A stretch of DNA of 58,070 nucleotides from a virus (lineage: Duplodnaviria > Caudoviricetes), in the IMG/VR virus record IMGVR_UViG_3300048583_000114, positions 1-58,070 of that record, one strand, 5' to 3'. How positions within the stretch are numbered: the first letter of the stretch is position 1; each line of letters starts with the position of its first letter. The position numbers and the translations under genes are program-made. The notes beneath the pieces were generated by a model. That model had not been told where the DNA came from, did not search any database, and was given only the letters and a program-made list of their open reading frames with translations. Below are positions 17,359 to 27,070 of this stretch, in pieces.

Positions 17359-18420
17359 ATGGCAAGCAAAGAGAACGCCGCAGTGTCCGGGTCGTCGATC
17401 GGGTTCAAGGATGCAGTCGAGCTGATCGCCGGCCTCGCCCGCCACGATGTGCGGCACGTCGTGTACCTCGAAGGTGCTCCGGGCGACGGCAAGACGGCAG
17501 CTGCTGTCGAGGCTGCCTACGAGATGGGCTTCGAGTCCGACGAGATCATGCTGGTGCGGCCGTCGCTGCACGAGTCGGTCGACTACAGCGGGGCACTGTT
17601 CGTCGAGCAGGGCACGGCGCGCTGGGCGCCCATGGAGCTGATGAAGCGCATGACCGAGAAGCGCGCCTTCGTGGTCATCGACGAGATGGCCGACGCTCCT
17701 GTGATGACGCAGAACGTCATGTGCGGCGTCGTGTACGACCGGATGCTGTCCGGGCTGGTGTTCCATCCCGAGACCGTGTTCGTGCTCACCGGCAACCGCA
17801 CGATCGACCGCAGCGGCGCCAACCGGGTGGTGACCAAGCTGTACAACCGGGTGTGCCTGCGCACCTTCGTCGCGAACGTCGATGACTGGAGCACGTGGGC
17901 AGACGCGCAGGAGGGGTTCGTGCCGTGGGTGTCGGCGTTCCACCGGTACAACCGGGGCGAGTACTTCAGCAAGTTCGACCCGGCCGAGCGGCAGTCCCCC
18001 ACGCCGCGCCAGTGGGAGAAGGTCGCCATCCTGCCCGATGAGCTGCCGGCGAAAATCCACATGCACGCGGTCTGCGGGTACGTGGGTGACGCCGCGGCGG
18101 CCGCCTACGGTGCCTTCCGGGCGCACAAGGCGAGCCTGCCGACCCGCGAGGAGGTCGAGAAGTCGCCGGACACCGCCACCCTCCCCGCGGGGCTGGATGC
18201 GCAGTGGGCCGTGGCTGCGGCTGTCGCGCAGTGGCTAGGCGCGAAGAACGCCGCCAAGCTCGCCGAGTACATCGTCCGGCTGCCGAAAGACCTGCAGATG
18301 ATGATCTGGACCAGCGCCCCGCGCCGCCCCGGCAACGAGACGCTGATCACCCACGAGGCGTGGCTCAAGGCGACCTGTGCGCTCAGCGGGTCGTTGCAGA
18401 AAGCCAAGGCCGGCAAGTAG
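17359..18420 (+). CDS. AAA+ ATPase (MoxR-like)
   Basis: Walker A GAPGDGKT, Walker B VVIDE, TGNR..DR sensor, PTPRQW. Confidence 0.88.
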   Translation: MASKENAAVSGSSIGFKDAVELIAGLARHDVRHVVYLEGAPGDGKTAAAVEAAYEMGFESDEIMLVRPSLHESVDYSGALFVEQGTARWAPMELMKRMTEKRAFVVIDEMADAPVMTQNVMCGVVYDRMLSGLVFHPETVFVLTGNRTIDRSGANRVVTKLYNRVCLRTFVANVDDWSTWADAQEGFVPWVSAFHRYNRGEYFSKFDPAERQSPTPRQWEKVAILPDELPAKIHMHAVCGYVGDAAAAAYGAFRAHKASLPTREEVEKSPDTATLPAGLDAQWAVAAAVAQWLGAKNAAKLAEYIVRLPKDLQMMIWTSAPRRPGNETLITHEAWLKATCALSGSLQKAKAGK

Positions 18421-18486
18421 TTCCAGTGCTTCACCGGGCTGGTTGCGCAACCAGTCCCCCACCATCCTTTACTTCTGGAGAATGCA

Positions 18487-19329
18487 ATGACCAACGAAAT
18501 GCAACTTCCCCTGTCCCGCAAGGCCGTGCTGGTTCGCTGCAAGCTGTCGCTGCTCAACGTGTATGTGGGAGACGCCAAGGTGACCCACGAGGTCGACCAG
18601 CAGAACGGCGTGCACGGCGCCGGGCGCTACTCCAAGCGGCTGTTCAAGGGCTGCAAGCCGGTCGAGGACGCGCTGTCCGCCTACCGCGAGGTCTACGCCT
18701 ATGTCCGCAAGGCCACCGTGCCGTGGGACACCGGCTACGGGCTGCTGCCGTCGGCCAAGCTGCTGGAGTTCGGCGCGAAGTTCGGCTCGCTCAAGGCGAC
18801 CGCCCAGTCGCTGCGCGACGCGCTGGTCCCGCAGTGGGACGCGCTGGTTGCCGCCGACATCGCTCGCCTCGGGCCGCTGGGTTCCGAGTCCGACTACCCC
18901 GCCAGCCCGGTGGGCCGGTTCGACGTGTCGTACCTGATGACGCCCGTGCCGGAGGAGGGTGACTTCCGCGTCACCATGACCGATCTGGACCGTGCGGCGT
19001 TCCGCGAGGCGCTGAAGGATGCCGAGGACACGGTCGTGACCAACCTGCGGGAGTCGCTGCTGGAGCCCCTCAAGAAGGCCGTGCAGACACTCGGCGTGCC
19101 GGACGGGGAGAAGGGTGGCAAGTTCCACGACACGCTCATCACGAACATCGTGGAGGCCGCGCAGCGTGCTCTGGACCTGAACCTGACCGGCGACCCGCAG
19201 GTCGAGACGCTGGCCAAGGAGGCGCTGGCCGTGGCCGCGCCGTTCGCCGATGCGGTCGACGTGGTTCGCCGGGTGCCCTCCGTCCGCCAGTCGGTGCGGG
19301 GCAAGCTGTCCAACATCTGCGCGATGTAA
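18487..19329 (+). CDS. Conserved phage protein of the AAA/VWA module (DUF3150-like)
   Basis: 280-aa helical protein (GRYSKRL, TVPW..GYGLLP) between the AAA and VWA genes; family label tentative. Confidence 0.6.
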   Translation: MTNEMQLPLSRKAVLVRCKLSLLNVYVGDAKVTHEVDQQNGVHGAGRYSKRLFKGCKPVEDALSAYREVYAYVRKATVPWDTGYGLLPSAKLLEFGAKFGSLKATAQSLRDALVPQWDALVAADIARLGPLGSESDYPASPVGRFDVSYLMTPVPEEGDFRVTMTDLDRAAFREALKDAEDTVVTNLRESLLEPLKKAVQTLGVPDGEKGGKFHDTLITNIVEAAQRALDLNLTGDPQVETLAKEALAVAAPFADAVDVVRRVPSVRQSVRGKLSNICAM

Positions 19330-19339
19330 GGAGACTGAC

Positions 19340-20512
19340 ATGAGCTTGGATCAAACCATGGAGGACGCCCGCCTGCTGCTGGCGTTCGATCACCCGTTCT
19401 TCTCGGCGCTGTTCGCCGGGAGCAAGGTGCAACTCGTCGACGATCTGGAAGCCGTCATCGGCATGCCGGCCCCGGCCTGCTGCACGACCCGCAACCGGCT
19501 GATGTTCTGCCGCAAGCGGCTGGCCACCGCGACGGCCCCGGCGGTGATGTTCGTCACCGGGCACGAGGCGCTGCACGCAGCGCTTCACCACACCCAGTCG
19601 CATGTGGCAGATGCCCGGCCCGACGCCCGGCTGCGCAACATGGCCATGGACTTCGTCATCAACGATATGCTGATCGACTGCGGGCTCAAGATGCCGGAGG
19701 GTGAGCTGCGCGGGCTGCATCGCCCGGGCAAGGAAGACCGGCTCAAGTCGTGGATCGAGGTCTACGACGAGCTGGAGCAGAGCGGCGAGGGTGGCAAGGG
19801 GGGCGGTGCCGGCGACAAGTTCATCGACTTGGTGTCCGACCCGGACGGCGACCCGTCCCCGGCCGAGCGTGACCAGATCGAGATGGAGGCCAAGGTCACG
19901 CTGGCCACGGCTGCCAAGCTGGCGCAGGATGTGGGCAAGGTGCCGGCGTCGCTCAAGCGCATGGTCGACGAGGCGCTCAACCCCAAGCTGCCGTGGTGGG
20001 CGATTCTGGAGCCGTTCATGACCGGGTTGATGAAGCAGGAGGTGTCGTGGTCCCGCCCGCATCGGCGCTACCTGTGGCAGGGCATCTACCTGCCCTCGGC
20101 GATCGACGAGCCGCGGCTGTCCCACGTCGGGCTGGTGATCGACACCAGCGGATCGATCGGGGCTGCGGAGCTGGGTCTGTACCAGACCCAGATCAACCGC
20201 ATCTTCGAGACCTGCCGCCCGGCCAAGGTCACGGTCGTATACGCCGATGCGCGGGTCAACCACGTCGACACGTTCGAGGATGATGATTTCCCCGTGCAGC
20301 TCAGCCCGCATGGCGGGGGCGGCACCGACTTCCGGCCGGCCGTCCGGTGGTTCGAGGCGGAGGGCGAGCCGCCCGAGGTCGTCGTGTACCTGACTGACGG
20401 CTACGGTAACTTCCCCGAGCGGGCGCCGTCGTTCCCGATGGTATGGTGCATCACAACCAACGTAGTTGCCCCACACGGCGTAACCATCCACACTGACCTG
20501 AAAGGAGCGTGA
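19340..20512 (+). CDS. DUF2201-type metallopeptidase-VWA protein
   Basis: HEALH zincin motif, NMAMDFVIN; MIDAS DTSGS, GGGTDF, TDGYG. Confidence 0.88.
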   Translation: MSLDQTMEDARLLLAFDHPFFSALFAGSKVQLVDDLEAVIGMPAPACCTTRNRLMFCRKRLATATAPAVMFVTGHEALHAALHHTQSHVADARPDARLRNMAMDFVINDMLIDCGLKMPEGELRGLHRPGKEDRLKSWIEVYDELEQSGEGGKGGGAGDKFIDLVSDPDGDPSPAERDQIEMEAKVTLATAAKLAQDVGKVPASLKRMVDEALNPKLPWWAILEPFMTGLMKQEVSWSRPHRRYLWQGIYLPSAIDEPRLSHVGLVIDTSGSIGAAELGLYQTQINRIFETCRPAKVTVVYADARVNHVDTFEDDDFPVQLSPHGGGGTDFRPAVRWFEAEGEPPEVVVYLTDGYGNFPERAPSFPMVWCITTNVVAPHGVTIHTDLKGA

Positions 20513-20745
20513 TGCCACGATACAACCCAGCCGAGGGCAACGGCGTATACTTGCGGCTGTGGGAAGAATGGTCCCTCAGTCAGTTCGGTACGCTGTTGCC
20601 GATCACTGACATCTCACTCGACGCGGACGCGGGGTACAGCTACCTGATCCACACTGGCCCCGTGACTACGTTGTCCGGTGTCACCTACCGGTCCGCACGA
20701 CTACCGATCGAGTACAAGGAGATTCCCCATGCCCTCAAGTGCTGA
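20512..20745 (+). CDS. Hypothetical protein
   Basis: AAGGAG RBS, coupled to the upstream stop. Confidence 0.55.
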   Translation: MPRYNPAEGNGVYLRLWEEWSLSQFGTLLPITDISLDADAGYSYLIHTGPVTTLSGVTYRSARLPIEYKEIPHALKC

Positions 20746-21022
20746 GCGGCCAGCGAGAACGCCGCTGGCCTCCCCGGAGCTGCTGTCCCGGGTCAAGCGC
20801 ATCGAGACGAAGCTGACCCGCCTCGCCGAAGCGTTCCACGTGCAGGTCGCAGACACGGCCGACGGCATCACCGTCGACACGACTGCCCGGCGCGTGACGC
20901 TGCCCACCACCAACCGCACCTTTGCCAGCGTGCTCACCGCGCTGACCGAAGCAGGTGCCGTCGCCGGTGACATGTACGTCATCGTCGTTGACGGCGACTC
21001 CGTCGCAACCCTGCGGGTGTGA
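20729..21022 (+). CDS. Hypothetical protein
   Basis: AAGGAG RBS, MPSSAERP... Confidence 0.65.
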   Translation: MPSSAERPARTPLASPELLSRVKRIETKLTRLAEAFHVQVADTADGITVDTTARRVTLPTTNRTFASVLTALTEAGAVAGDMYVIVVDGDSVATLRV

Positions 21023-21043
21023 CCCGCGCAACAGGAGCAACAT

Positions 21044-21403
21044 ATGGACGACATCAACGAACAAGACCTGACCCTCGCAGTGGCAACCGGTGCCGGCCTG
21101 CCGCCGCCGGTGAAGGCCACGCCCCCGCGATCCGTCGTGAGCATGCCGGGACTGGTCGACCGACTGCGGCTGCTCACCCCGGGCATGATGCAGGCGATCC
21201 AGATTCCGGCGACGCTGTCCGCGTCGCAGGTGCAGGCGCTGCGCTCCCGCATCCTCGTTTCGGCGAAGCGGGTATTCCCGGCGGGCACGGTCCCTATCAC
21301 CCGGCGCAACACGGCCAACAGCACGCTGGAGGTGTACTGCATGACCGAGGCGGACGCCGAGCCGTACCGGCGCGGGCCGATGCCGAAGGAGACCACGTCA
21401 TGA
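21044..21403 (+). CDS. Hypothetical protein
   Basis: AGGAG RBS, 119 aa. Confidence 0.65.
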   Translation: MDDINEQDLTLAVATGAGLPPPVKATPPRSVVSMPGLVDRLRLLTPGMMQAIQIPATLSASQVQALRSRILVSAKRVFPAGTVPITRRNTANSTLEVYCMTEADAEPYRRGPMPKETTS

Positions 21404-21522
21404 TGACCCAGTTCCACATCATCCAGACGAAGCAAGGCCGGTACCTTGTCTTGACCGGCACGTCGACGTTCGACCTCATGTGGGGCTTCGGCCGCGTGAT
21501 GCGTCGGTGGGAGGTCGCATGA
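21400..21522 (+). CDS. Small hypothetical protein (40 aa)
   Basis: AAGGAG RBS, ATGA overlaps. Confidence 0.5.
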   Translation: MMTQFHIIQTKQGRYLVLTGTSTFDLMWGFGRVMRRWEVA

Positions 21523-21743
21523 TGACGCAACCCGACGGCACTGTGGCCGGTGCCATCGCCTACCTGAAGGCACGCGGCAAGTGGCAGGGCGCCGACGACA
21601 CGCAGTGGCGCCCACGGTCTGCCGCGAAGACCAACGTGGCCCGCACCTTCATCGAAGTGGCCAAGGAGACCGCTGACTCCGACGAGCCGCTGATCATCAC
21701 CCCGGGGCTGCGTCGGCTGGCCTCGGTGACGCGCAAGCGCTGA
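21519..21743 (+). CDS. Hypothetical protein
   Basis: GGAGG RBS, ATGA overlap. Confidence 0.6.
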   Translation: MMTQPDGTVAGAIAYLKARGKWQGADDTQWRPRSAAKTNVARTFIEVAKETADSDEPLIITPGLRRLASVTRKR

Positions 21744-21765
21744 TTGCGCAACCAAGGAGAACGAG

Positions 21766-22014
21766 ATGAGCGGTGACCCGAAGCCGGCGGTTGTCGTCCG
21801 CAAGTGCGTCGACTGCGGCAACGTGCAGCGTGTCCGGTCAGCAGCATCCCGGTGGAATGATGACGGAACGGCGGCGTACTATTTCGGCAGTGCGTACGAC
21901 TTCTGCAACAAGTGCGACGGGTCGATGGAGACTGTCGCCGATACGAAAGGACACGATGAGCAAACTCACGGAAACCCCGCGGCTGCGCAAGGAAGTGACC
22001 CGCGTCCTCAATGA
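21766..22014 (+). CDS. Small zinc-ribbon protein
   Basis: CVDC...CNKC; AAGGAG RBS directly after a palindrome copy. Confidence 0.55.
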   Translation: MSGDPKPAVVVRKCVDCGNVQRVRSAASRWNDDGTAAYYFGSAYDFCNKCDGSMETVADTKGHDEQTHGNPAAAQGSDPRPQ

Positions 22015-22135
22015 CCTGCGTACGGCGCACACGCAGGTGCAACTGGCAGGCTACGCTGGCGATGCGGCGGACCTGCGCACCATGATCGACATCATCATCG
22101 CAGCGGTCGAGTGGGAAGACGGCCGCGAACCCTGA
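21956..22135 (+). CDS. Hypothetical protein
   Basis: AAAGGA RBS; MSKLTETPRLRKEV... Confidence 0.55.
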   Translation: MSKLTETPRLRKEVTRVLNDLRTAHTQVQLAGYAGDAADLRTMIDIIIAAVEWEDGREP

Positions 22136-22190
22136 GCATCACCCCGCTGTAACACCACGCTTCACACTACCCTTTACCAAGGAGAACACC

Positions 22191-22637
22191 ATGGCTTCAA
22201 AGAACAAGCTTCGTCCTTCGTTCGAGGATCAGCTCGAACTGCACAACTTCCTGCTCGGGCACAAGACGCAGCTGGAGGCGATGCAGCGCACCGAGGGCAA
22301 TGCGTGGATCGCCAAGAACTTCACCGGCTTCGCGCCCAAGTCGACGATCGAGAAGGCCGCGCGCCGGGCTGGGATCAAGTACAAGCGCGTCCCCGCCGGT
22401 GCCGCGCTCGTAGGCTACCCCCGCATCCCCGCCGCGCGCAGGGCAGAGTCGACCCCCGGCCGGTCCACGGCACACTACGTGGCGCTCGCACTGCGCGAGT
22501 TGCTGATCCGGTTGGGTGAGCCGGTGCCGGGCTATCTACACTACATCTGCAGCAACAAGGCCATCGCGGACGTGTACGAGGAGTTCGAGAAGGAGCGGGC
22601 CGCGCTGCGGGAGAAGCTGCCGGCCGAGAGGGGCTGA
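22191..22637 (+). CDS. Hypothetical basic protein, possible DNA-binding
   Basis: AAGGAG RBS, 148 aa, directly upstream of the polymerase. Confidence 0.65.
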   Translation: MASKNKLRPSFEDQLELHNFLLGHKTQLEAMQRTEGNAWIAKNFTGFAPKSTIEKAARRAGIKYKRVPAGAALVGYPRIPAARRAESTPGRSTAHYVALALRELLIRLGEPVPGYLHYICSNKAIADVYEEFEKERAALREKLPAERG

Positions 22638-22638
22638 T

Positions 22639-24486
22639 ATGGACCGGCTGCCGCGCATTGCGCTGGACTTCGAGACGTACTACGACAAGCGCACCTACTC
22701 GCTCAGACTGATGACGACCGAGGAGTACATCCGCGACAGCCGGTTCCAAGTCATCGGGTTCTCGCTGGTCAGCGAGAGTGGTGCACGCAAGTGGGTCACC
22801 GGCCCGGACGATCACATCCGCGCCGAGCTGGCCAAGGTGCCGTGGGACAAGGTTGCGGTCGTCGCCCACAACGCTCCGTTCGACGGTGCCATCCTCACAT
22901 GGCGCTACGGCTTCAAGCCGGCGCAGTGGATCGACACACTCGGCGCGAGCCGGGCGTTGTATTCCTGCGCACCCAGTCACTCGCTGGATGCGATGGCAAT
23001 GCACCACCTGATGCCGGAGAAGCACGCCGGCGCGCTCGATGAGTGGGACGGGGTCCGCCGGGAGCAGGGCACCCCGCAGATGTTGCACCGCATGGGCGAA
23101 TACTGCATGCACGACGCCACACTGGCGATGGCATTGGCCCTGCTGTACGAGGACCGGCTGCCGTGGATGGAGTGGCGCCTGATCGACATCACTACCCGCA
23201 TGTTCACCGAGCCTATGTTCGACGGCGACGCGCCACTGTTCGATGCGCTCGCCCAGAAGGAGATCACCCGGACCGATGAGCTGCTGCGCTCGCTGAAGAC
23301 CGATGCCAAGGCACTGGGGTCGAACGATGCCTTCGCGGCGCTACTGGAGCAGATGGGCGTCGAGCCGCCGCGCAAGACCAGCCCGACCACTGGCAAGGAG
23401 GTCTACGCCTTCGCCAAGACCGACCCCGGCATGCAGGAGTTGCTGGAGGGCGCCGATGCGGACGTGGCGCTGCTGGCCGAGGCGCGGCTGCGCGTGAAGT
23501 CGACCAACGTGGTGACCCGGTCGCAGCGCATGGCTGACATTGCCCGCCGCGGGAAGATACCGATCCCGCTCAATTACTGGGGCGCCATGGTCACCGGCCG
23601 GCACTCCGGTGGCGGCAAGATGAACGCGCTCAACCTGCACGTGAAGTCCGGCATCCGCTCCGGGTTCCGCGCACCCCCGGGGTATGTGGTGATCAGCGGC
23701 GACTCCGCGCAGATCGAGTTGCGGTCGACCCTGTACCTGTCGAGGGAGGATGCGCCGCTGGAGATTCTTCGTGCCGGGGGCGACCTGTACAAGGACACGG
23801 CGGCCAAGCTGTTCAGTGTGCCGATAGAACAAGTGCAGCCGCCCCAGCGCAAGGTGGGCAAGATCGCTGACCTGTCGCTGCAGTACGGCGCCGGCGACAA
23901 GACGTTCAAGGGCATGCTGCGCAAGGAGGGCGTGCACAAGGACATCCCCGGGGTCGACCTAGACCTGCTGGCGCGGAACACGGTGTTCGGCTACCGGGCG
24001 TCCAAGCTGATGGTGGTGAAGCAGTGGGAACGCGCCGCCGCGGCGCTGTCGTCCATGCGGCATGGTCGCTCCGGGTATCTGGATCAGCGCGGCATCGTGC
24101 GGTTCGAGGGCAACACGTTCGCCATTCCCGGCTACCCGCCGGTGGAGTACGCTGACCTGCGATTCGATCGCAGCGATGACGGGCGGATCGAGTTTGCATA
24201 CACCCGCGGGCGATTCAGGCGCCGGCTGTACGGCCCGAAGGTAGTCGAGAACATGGTGCAGTATTTCGCACGTATGATCGTCATGCTGCAGACGGTCATG
24301 TACGCCGAGCGGTTCCCCGTGCACCTGTCGGTGTACGACGAGATCGTGTCGGTCGTGCCCGAGGACGTGGCGGAGGAGGCCGCCCGGTACATGCAGGAGT
24401 GCCTGTCAACCACGCCGCTGTTCTGCACTGACCTGCCCGTGAAGGGGGAGGTACACATCGGCCCAACCTTCGGAGATGTGAAGTGA
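22639..24486 (+). CDS. polA: DNA polymerase, family A, with 3'-5' exonuclease
   Basis: ExoI DFET, ExoII HNAPFD, ExoIII YCMHD; motif A DSAQIELR, motif B KIADLSLQYG, motif C VYDEI. Confidence 0.93.
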   Translation: MDRLPRIALDFETYYDKRTYSLRLMTTEEYIRDSRFQVIGFSLVSESGARKWVTGPDDHIRAELAKVPWDKVAVVAHNAPFDGAILTWRYGFKPAQWIDTLGASRALYSCAPSHSLDAMAMHHLMPEKHAGALDEWDGVRREQGTPQMLHRMGEYCMHDATLAMALALLYEDRLPWMEWRLIDITTRMFTEPMFDGDAPLFDALAQKEITRTDELLRSLKTDAKALGSNDAFAALLEQMGVEPPRKTSPTTGKEVYAFAKTDPGMQELLEGADADVALLAEARLRVKSTNVVTRSQRMADIARRGKIPIPLNYWGAMVTGRHSGGGKMNALNLHVKSGIRSGFRAPPGYVVISGDSAQIELRSTLYLSREDAPLEILRAGGDLYKDTAAKLFSVPIEQVQPPQRKVGKIADLSLQYGAGDKTFKGMLRKEGVHKDIPGVDLDLLARNTVFGYRASKLMVVKQWERAAAALSSMRHGRSGYLDQRGIVRFEGNTFAIPGYPPVEYADLRFDRSDDGRIEFAYTRGRFRRRLYGPKVVENMVQYFARMIVMLQTVMYAERFPVHLSVYDEIVSVVPEDVAEEAARYMQECLSTTPLFCTDLPVKGEVHIGPTFGDVK

Positions 24487-25142
24487 AGTTTCCCATATCG
24501 TTTTCCCGGCTGGTCAAGATGGAGCAGTGCCCGGCGCAGTTCGAGGCGCTATACATCACCAAGGTCGTGCAGGACACAGGGTCGGAGGCATCGCGCCACG
24601 GCGACGTGGTGCACAAGGCGCTGCAGGTGGCAGTCGACACCGGCATGTCGCCAAGCGTGTTCCCCGAGGTGGTCAGGCCGCTGATCGAGTGGAAGCAGCG
24701 CCCGGGGGTGACGGTGCGCACCGAGCAGCAACTGGCCATCGACGAGAACCTGAAGCCCACCGACTGGTTCAGCAAGACCGCATGGTTCCGGGCGATTATC
24801 GACGTGAACGTGGTCGACGCCCCGCGCAACTTCGCCATGCAGCTCGACTGGAAGACCGGCAAGATCAAGCCCGAGGCGACCCAGCTGGCCATCTTCTCGC
24901 TGTTCGGGTTCATCTTCTACCCCGAGGTCGAGCGCATCAAGTCCGCCTATGTGTGGCTGGGGCACGGGCAGGTGACCGACATGATGATGAGCAGGAAGGA
25001 CGCTGCGGTTGCGTGGGATGCGCTGTCCCCGCGGCTGGAGCGGTACCAAGGGCACATCGACAGCGGAGACTTCCCGACGCGGCCGTCGGGGCTCTGCCCG
25101 TGGTGCCCGAAGAAACACCTGTGCCCGGATGCCCGGGTGTAG
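24483..25142 (+). CDS. PD-(D/E)xK Cas4-like exonuclease
   Basis: N-terminal QCP, IID...DWKTGK, C-terminal CPWCPKKHLCP. Confidence 0.85.
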   Translation: MKFPISFSRLVKMEQCPAQFEALYITKVVQDTGSEASRHGDVVHKALQVAVDTGMSPSVFPEVVRPLIEWKQRPGVTVRTEQQLAIDENLKPTDWFSKTAWFRAIIDVNVVDAPRNFAMQLDWKTGKIKPEATQLAIFSLFGFIFYPEVERIKSAYVWLGHGQVTDMMMSRKDAAVAWDALSPRLERYQGHIDSGDFPTRPSGLCPWCPKKHLCPDARV

Positions 25143-25174
25143 GCCACGCTGGTTGTGCAACCAAGGAGACTGAC

Positions 25175-25561
25175 ATGGGTGATCGAGTATTGCTGCAGTG
25201 CGTAGCCGGCCACGGCACGGCGAAGCAGGAGGTGGGGCCGGTGCTGTACTTGCACTGGGAGGGCGACAAAGCGCCGGATGTGGTGGCTGTGCTGGCCGAG
25301 CGGATGAAGGACCGCGGGTCGATCGGCGACGTGGTGTACTGCTCTGCCCGGCTGGTAGAGGCGGCACTCGACGCTTGCGGGCTGCGCGGGACAGACACCG
25401 GCATCGGCATGTGGAACCACGACACGCCGCTGACTGCCAAGGACTCGCACGGCGACGCCGGGTGCGTACTGATCCATGTTGACAAGAAGTTCCGTTGCGA
25501 CTGCATGGGCGGTTACCTGAAGACGGGCGCAGACGGGTTTCCGGCGATGGGGGGTGTGTGA
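25175..25561 (+). CDS. Conserved phage hypothetical protein
   Basis: MGDR...LYLHWEG; AAGGAG RBS after a palindrome copy. Confidence 0.7.
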   Translation: MGDRVLLQCVAGHGTAKQEVGPVLYLHWEGDKAPDVVAVLAERMKDRGSIGDVVYCSARLVEAALDACGLRGTDTGIGMWNHDTPLTAKDSHGDAGCVLIHVDKKFRCDCMGGYLKTGADGFPAMGGV

Positions 25562-25782
25562 TGAACGGAACCGACAAGACACTCGTATATGGGGTATGCA
25601 TCGTCGCGGTGCTGGTAATCGCGCTGGTTGGCATGAGCAACATGCGCGCCGCGAACGAAGCGCGGGCTATCGGCGAGGCCATCGAGGCCGGAGTGAACCC
25701 GATCGCTGCCCGGTGCGCAATCGTGGGGACGAACGGAATCGAGGCGCTGTGCTTGGCGGCGCTGCAGGAGGCCGAGCGATGA
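25561..25782 (+). CDS. Small membrane protein
   Basis: N-terminal hydrophobic helix VYGVCIVAVLVIALVG. Confidence 0.6.
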   Translation: MNGTDKTLVYGVCIVAVLVIALVGMSNMRAANEARAIGEAIEAGVNPIAARCAIVGTNGIEALCLAALQEAER

Positions 25783-25991
25783 AGCCCTTTGACCGGTGGT
25801 GGAAGCAGTGGCGGCGCCGGGTGTGGCGGCGCGGGTACGACTGTGCGGCCGGTGAGTTGCTACGCGGCGCGTCGCCTAGGTGCATTGAGGGGTTGTACGA
25901 CCTGTGCGACATCGAGGGTGGCGAGTATGCCGAGGGTATCCGCGAAGCCATCGCTGACTGGAACCGACTGGAGAGGAGGAGCAAGCAATGA
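25779..25991 (+). CDS. Hypothetical protein
   Basis: GGAGG RBS, ATGA overlaps. Confidence 0.55.
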   Translation: MKPFDRWWKQWRRRVWRRGYDCAAGELLRGASPRCIEGLYDLCDIEGGEYAEGIREAIADWNRLERRSKQ

Positions 25992-26278
25992 CAAATGACC
26001 CCACGAACCATCCCCTCTACCCCATCCTGATGGCGGTCATCGAGCAGGTGACCAAGGGCAAGGGCGAGCGGCACGGGGGCGAAGCGACGCCGTTCCTTGA
26101 GCAGCAGTGGACGACACTGGCGCGGGTGCACGGCCGGGGGTTTCTCACCGGGCAGGCGGCGAAGAAGCTGAACGAAGCCGTCGACCGAGGGCTGCAGGAC
26201 GTGGCGTTCGAGCGCGAGGTGCTGGGTGCCATCGCGTACATCGGCATGGCTGTGCTGTTCGACCGAGGAGAGGTGTGA
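25988..26278 (+). CDS. Conserved phage hypothetical protein
   Basis: KGKGERH...FLEQ...GFLTGQAAKK..E...EVLGAI. Confidence 0.7.
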   Translation: MTNDPTNHPLYPILMAVIEQVTKGKGERHGGEATPFLEQQWTTLARVHGRGFLTGQAAKKLNEAVDRGLQDVAFEREVLGAIAYIGMAVLFDRGEV

Positions 26279-26448
26279 TGATCGAAATCCTGACTGTGCT
26301 GGGGACCATCGGCGGCCTGTTGTTCTTGGCGCTGATCGTCGGCGTGATCCTGCTGGCGGTGTTCTGCCTGATCGTTGGATACGTCGGCTGTCGGATCGGG
26401 CGGCGCGTGATGCAAATCGAAGCGATGGAAGGGAGGATTCCGCGATGA
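26278..26448 (+). CDS. Small membrane protein
   Basis: Long hydrophobic stretch, 56 aa. Confidence 0.55.
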   Translation: MIEILTVLGTIGGLLFLALIVGVILLAVFCLIVGYVGCRIGRRVMQIEAMEGRIPR

Positions 26449-26813
26449 GCAAAAAGCCAACCCGAGATCGGTGCAAGGAAGCGGTGTACGCCCCGGGCAT
26501 GTTCCGCAGTTCGCAGTGTGCGAAGTACGCGGTGAAGGAGGGCTACTGCGCGCAGCACCACCCCGACGCGGTGAAGGCTCGGCAAGAGAAGTCGATGGAG
26601 ACGTACAAGGCAAAGCAGGAAGCCGAGCGGAGTCGATACAAAGCATACGGCGACGCGCTGCTCAGGGAAGAACTCGCCGCCGCGAAGGCGGATGCGGAGA
26701 GGTATCGGTGGCTACGAATGAATCGTCTTTGGCTCAAGGCGAATCTGCCTATGCTAGCCGCGCCACAGTTAGATGCCGCCATCGACGCCGCCATCGCCAA
26801 GGAGAAGGCATGA
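26445..26813 (+). CDS. Hypothetical protein with a DAERYRWLR...LDAAID phage module
   Basis: C..C..CxxH N-terminus plus the common phage accessory motif DAERYRWLR. Confidence 0.65.
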   Translation: MSKKPTRDRCKEAVYAPGMFRSSQCAKYAVKEGYCAQHHPDAVKARQEKSMETYKAKQEAERSRYKAYGDALLREELAAAKADAERYRWLRMNRLWLKANLPMLAAPQLDAAIDAAIAKEKA

Positions 26814-27070
26814 CCACGATGCAAGACCAGTCGCGCAAGTTCTCCGGCGCATTGCAGGCCGTGCCGACTCTGGAGCAGGTCACCGCCGGGTCGGTCCTAC
26901 GCATAGCCGATGCCGTCGAGAAGATGGCGGCGAATTACGACATCCTGCGCGATGACCGCGACTACTGGAAAGCGAGATGCGCGCGGTACGAACAGTTACT
27001 TGACATAGAGCGCCGTCGAACGGCCGTGCTGCGCGGAGTCGTCAAGCGGATGAAGGAGAAAGCATCGTGA
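26810..27070 (+). CDS. Hypothetical coiled-coil protein
   Basis: ATGA overlap, RIADAVEKMA. Confidence 0.6.
   Translation: MTTMQDQSRKFSGALQAVPTLEQVTAGSVLRIADAVEKMAANYDILRDDRDYWKARCARYEQLLDIERRRTAVLRGVVKRMKEKAS

Noticed and set aside
21956-22135. Possible 16th MAG-family member (TQVQLAGY)
   Set aside because: Arg spacing is off by one, the protein is short and helical, and it lies outside the array; too weak to count.
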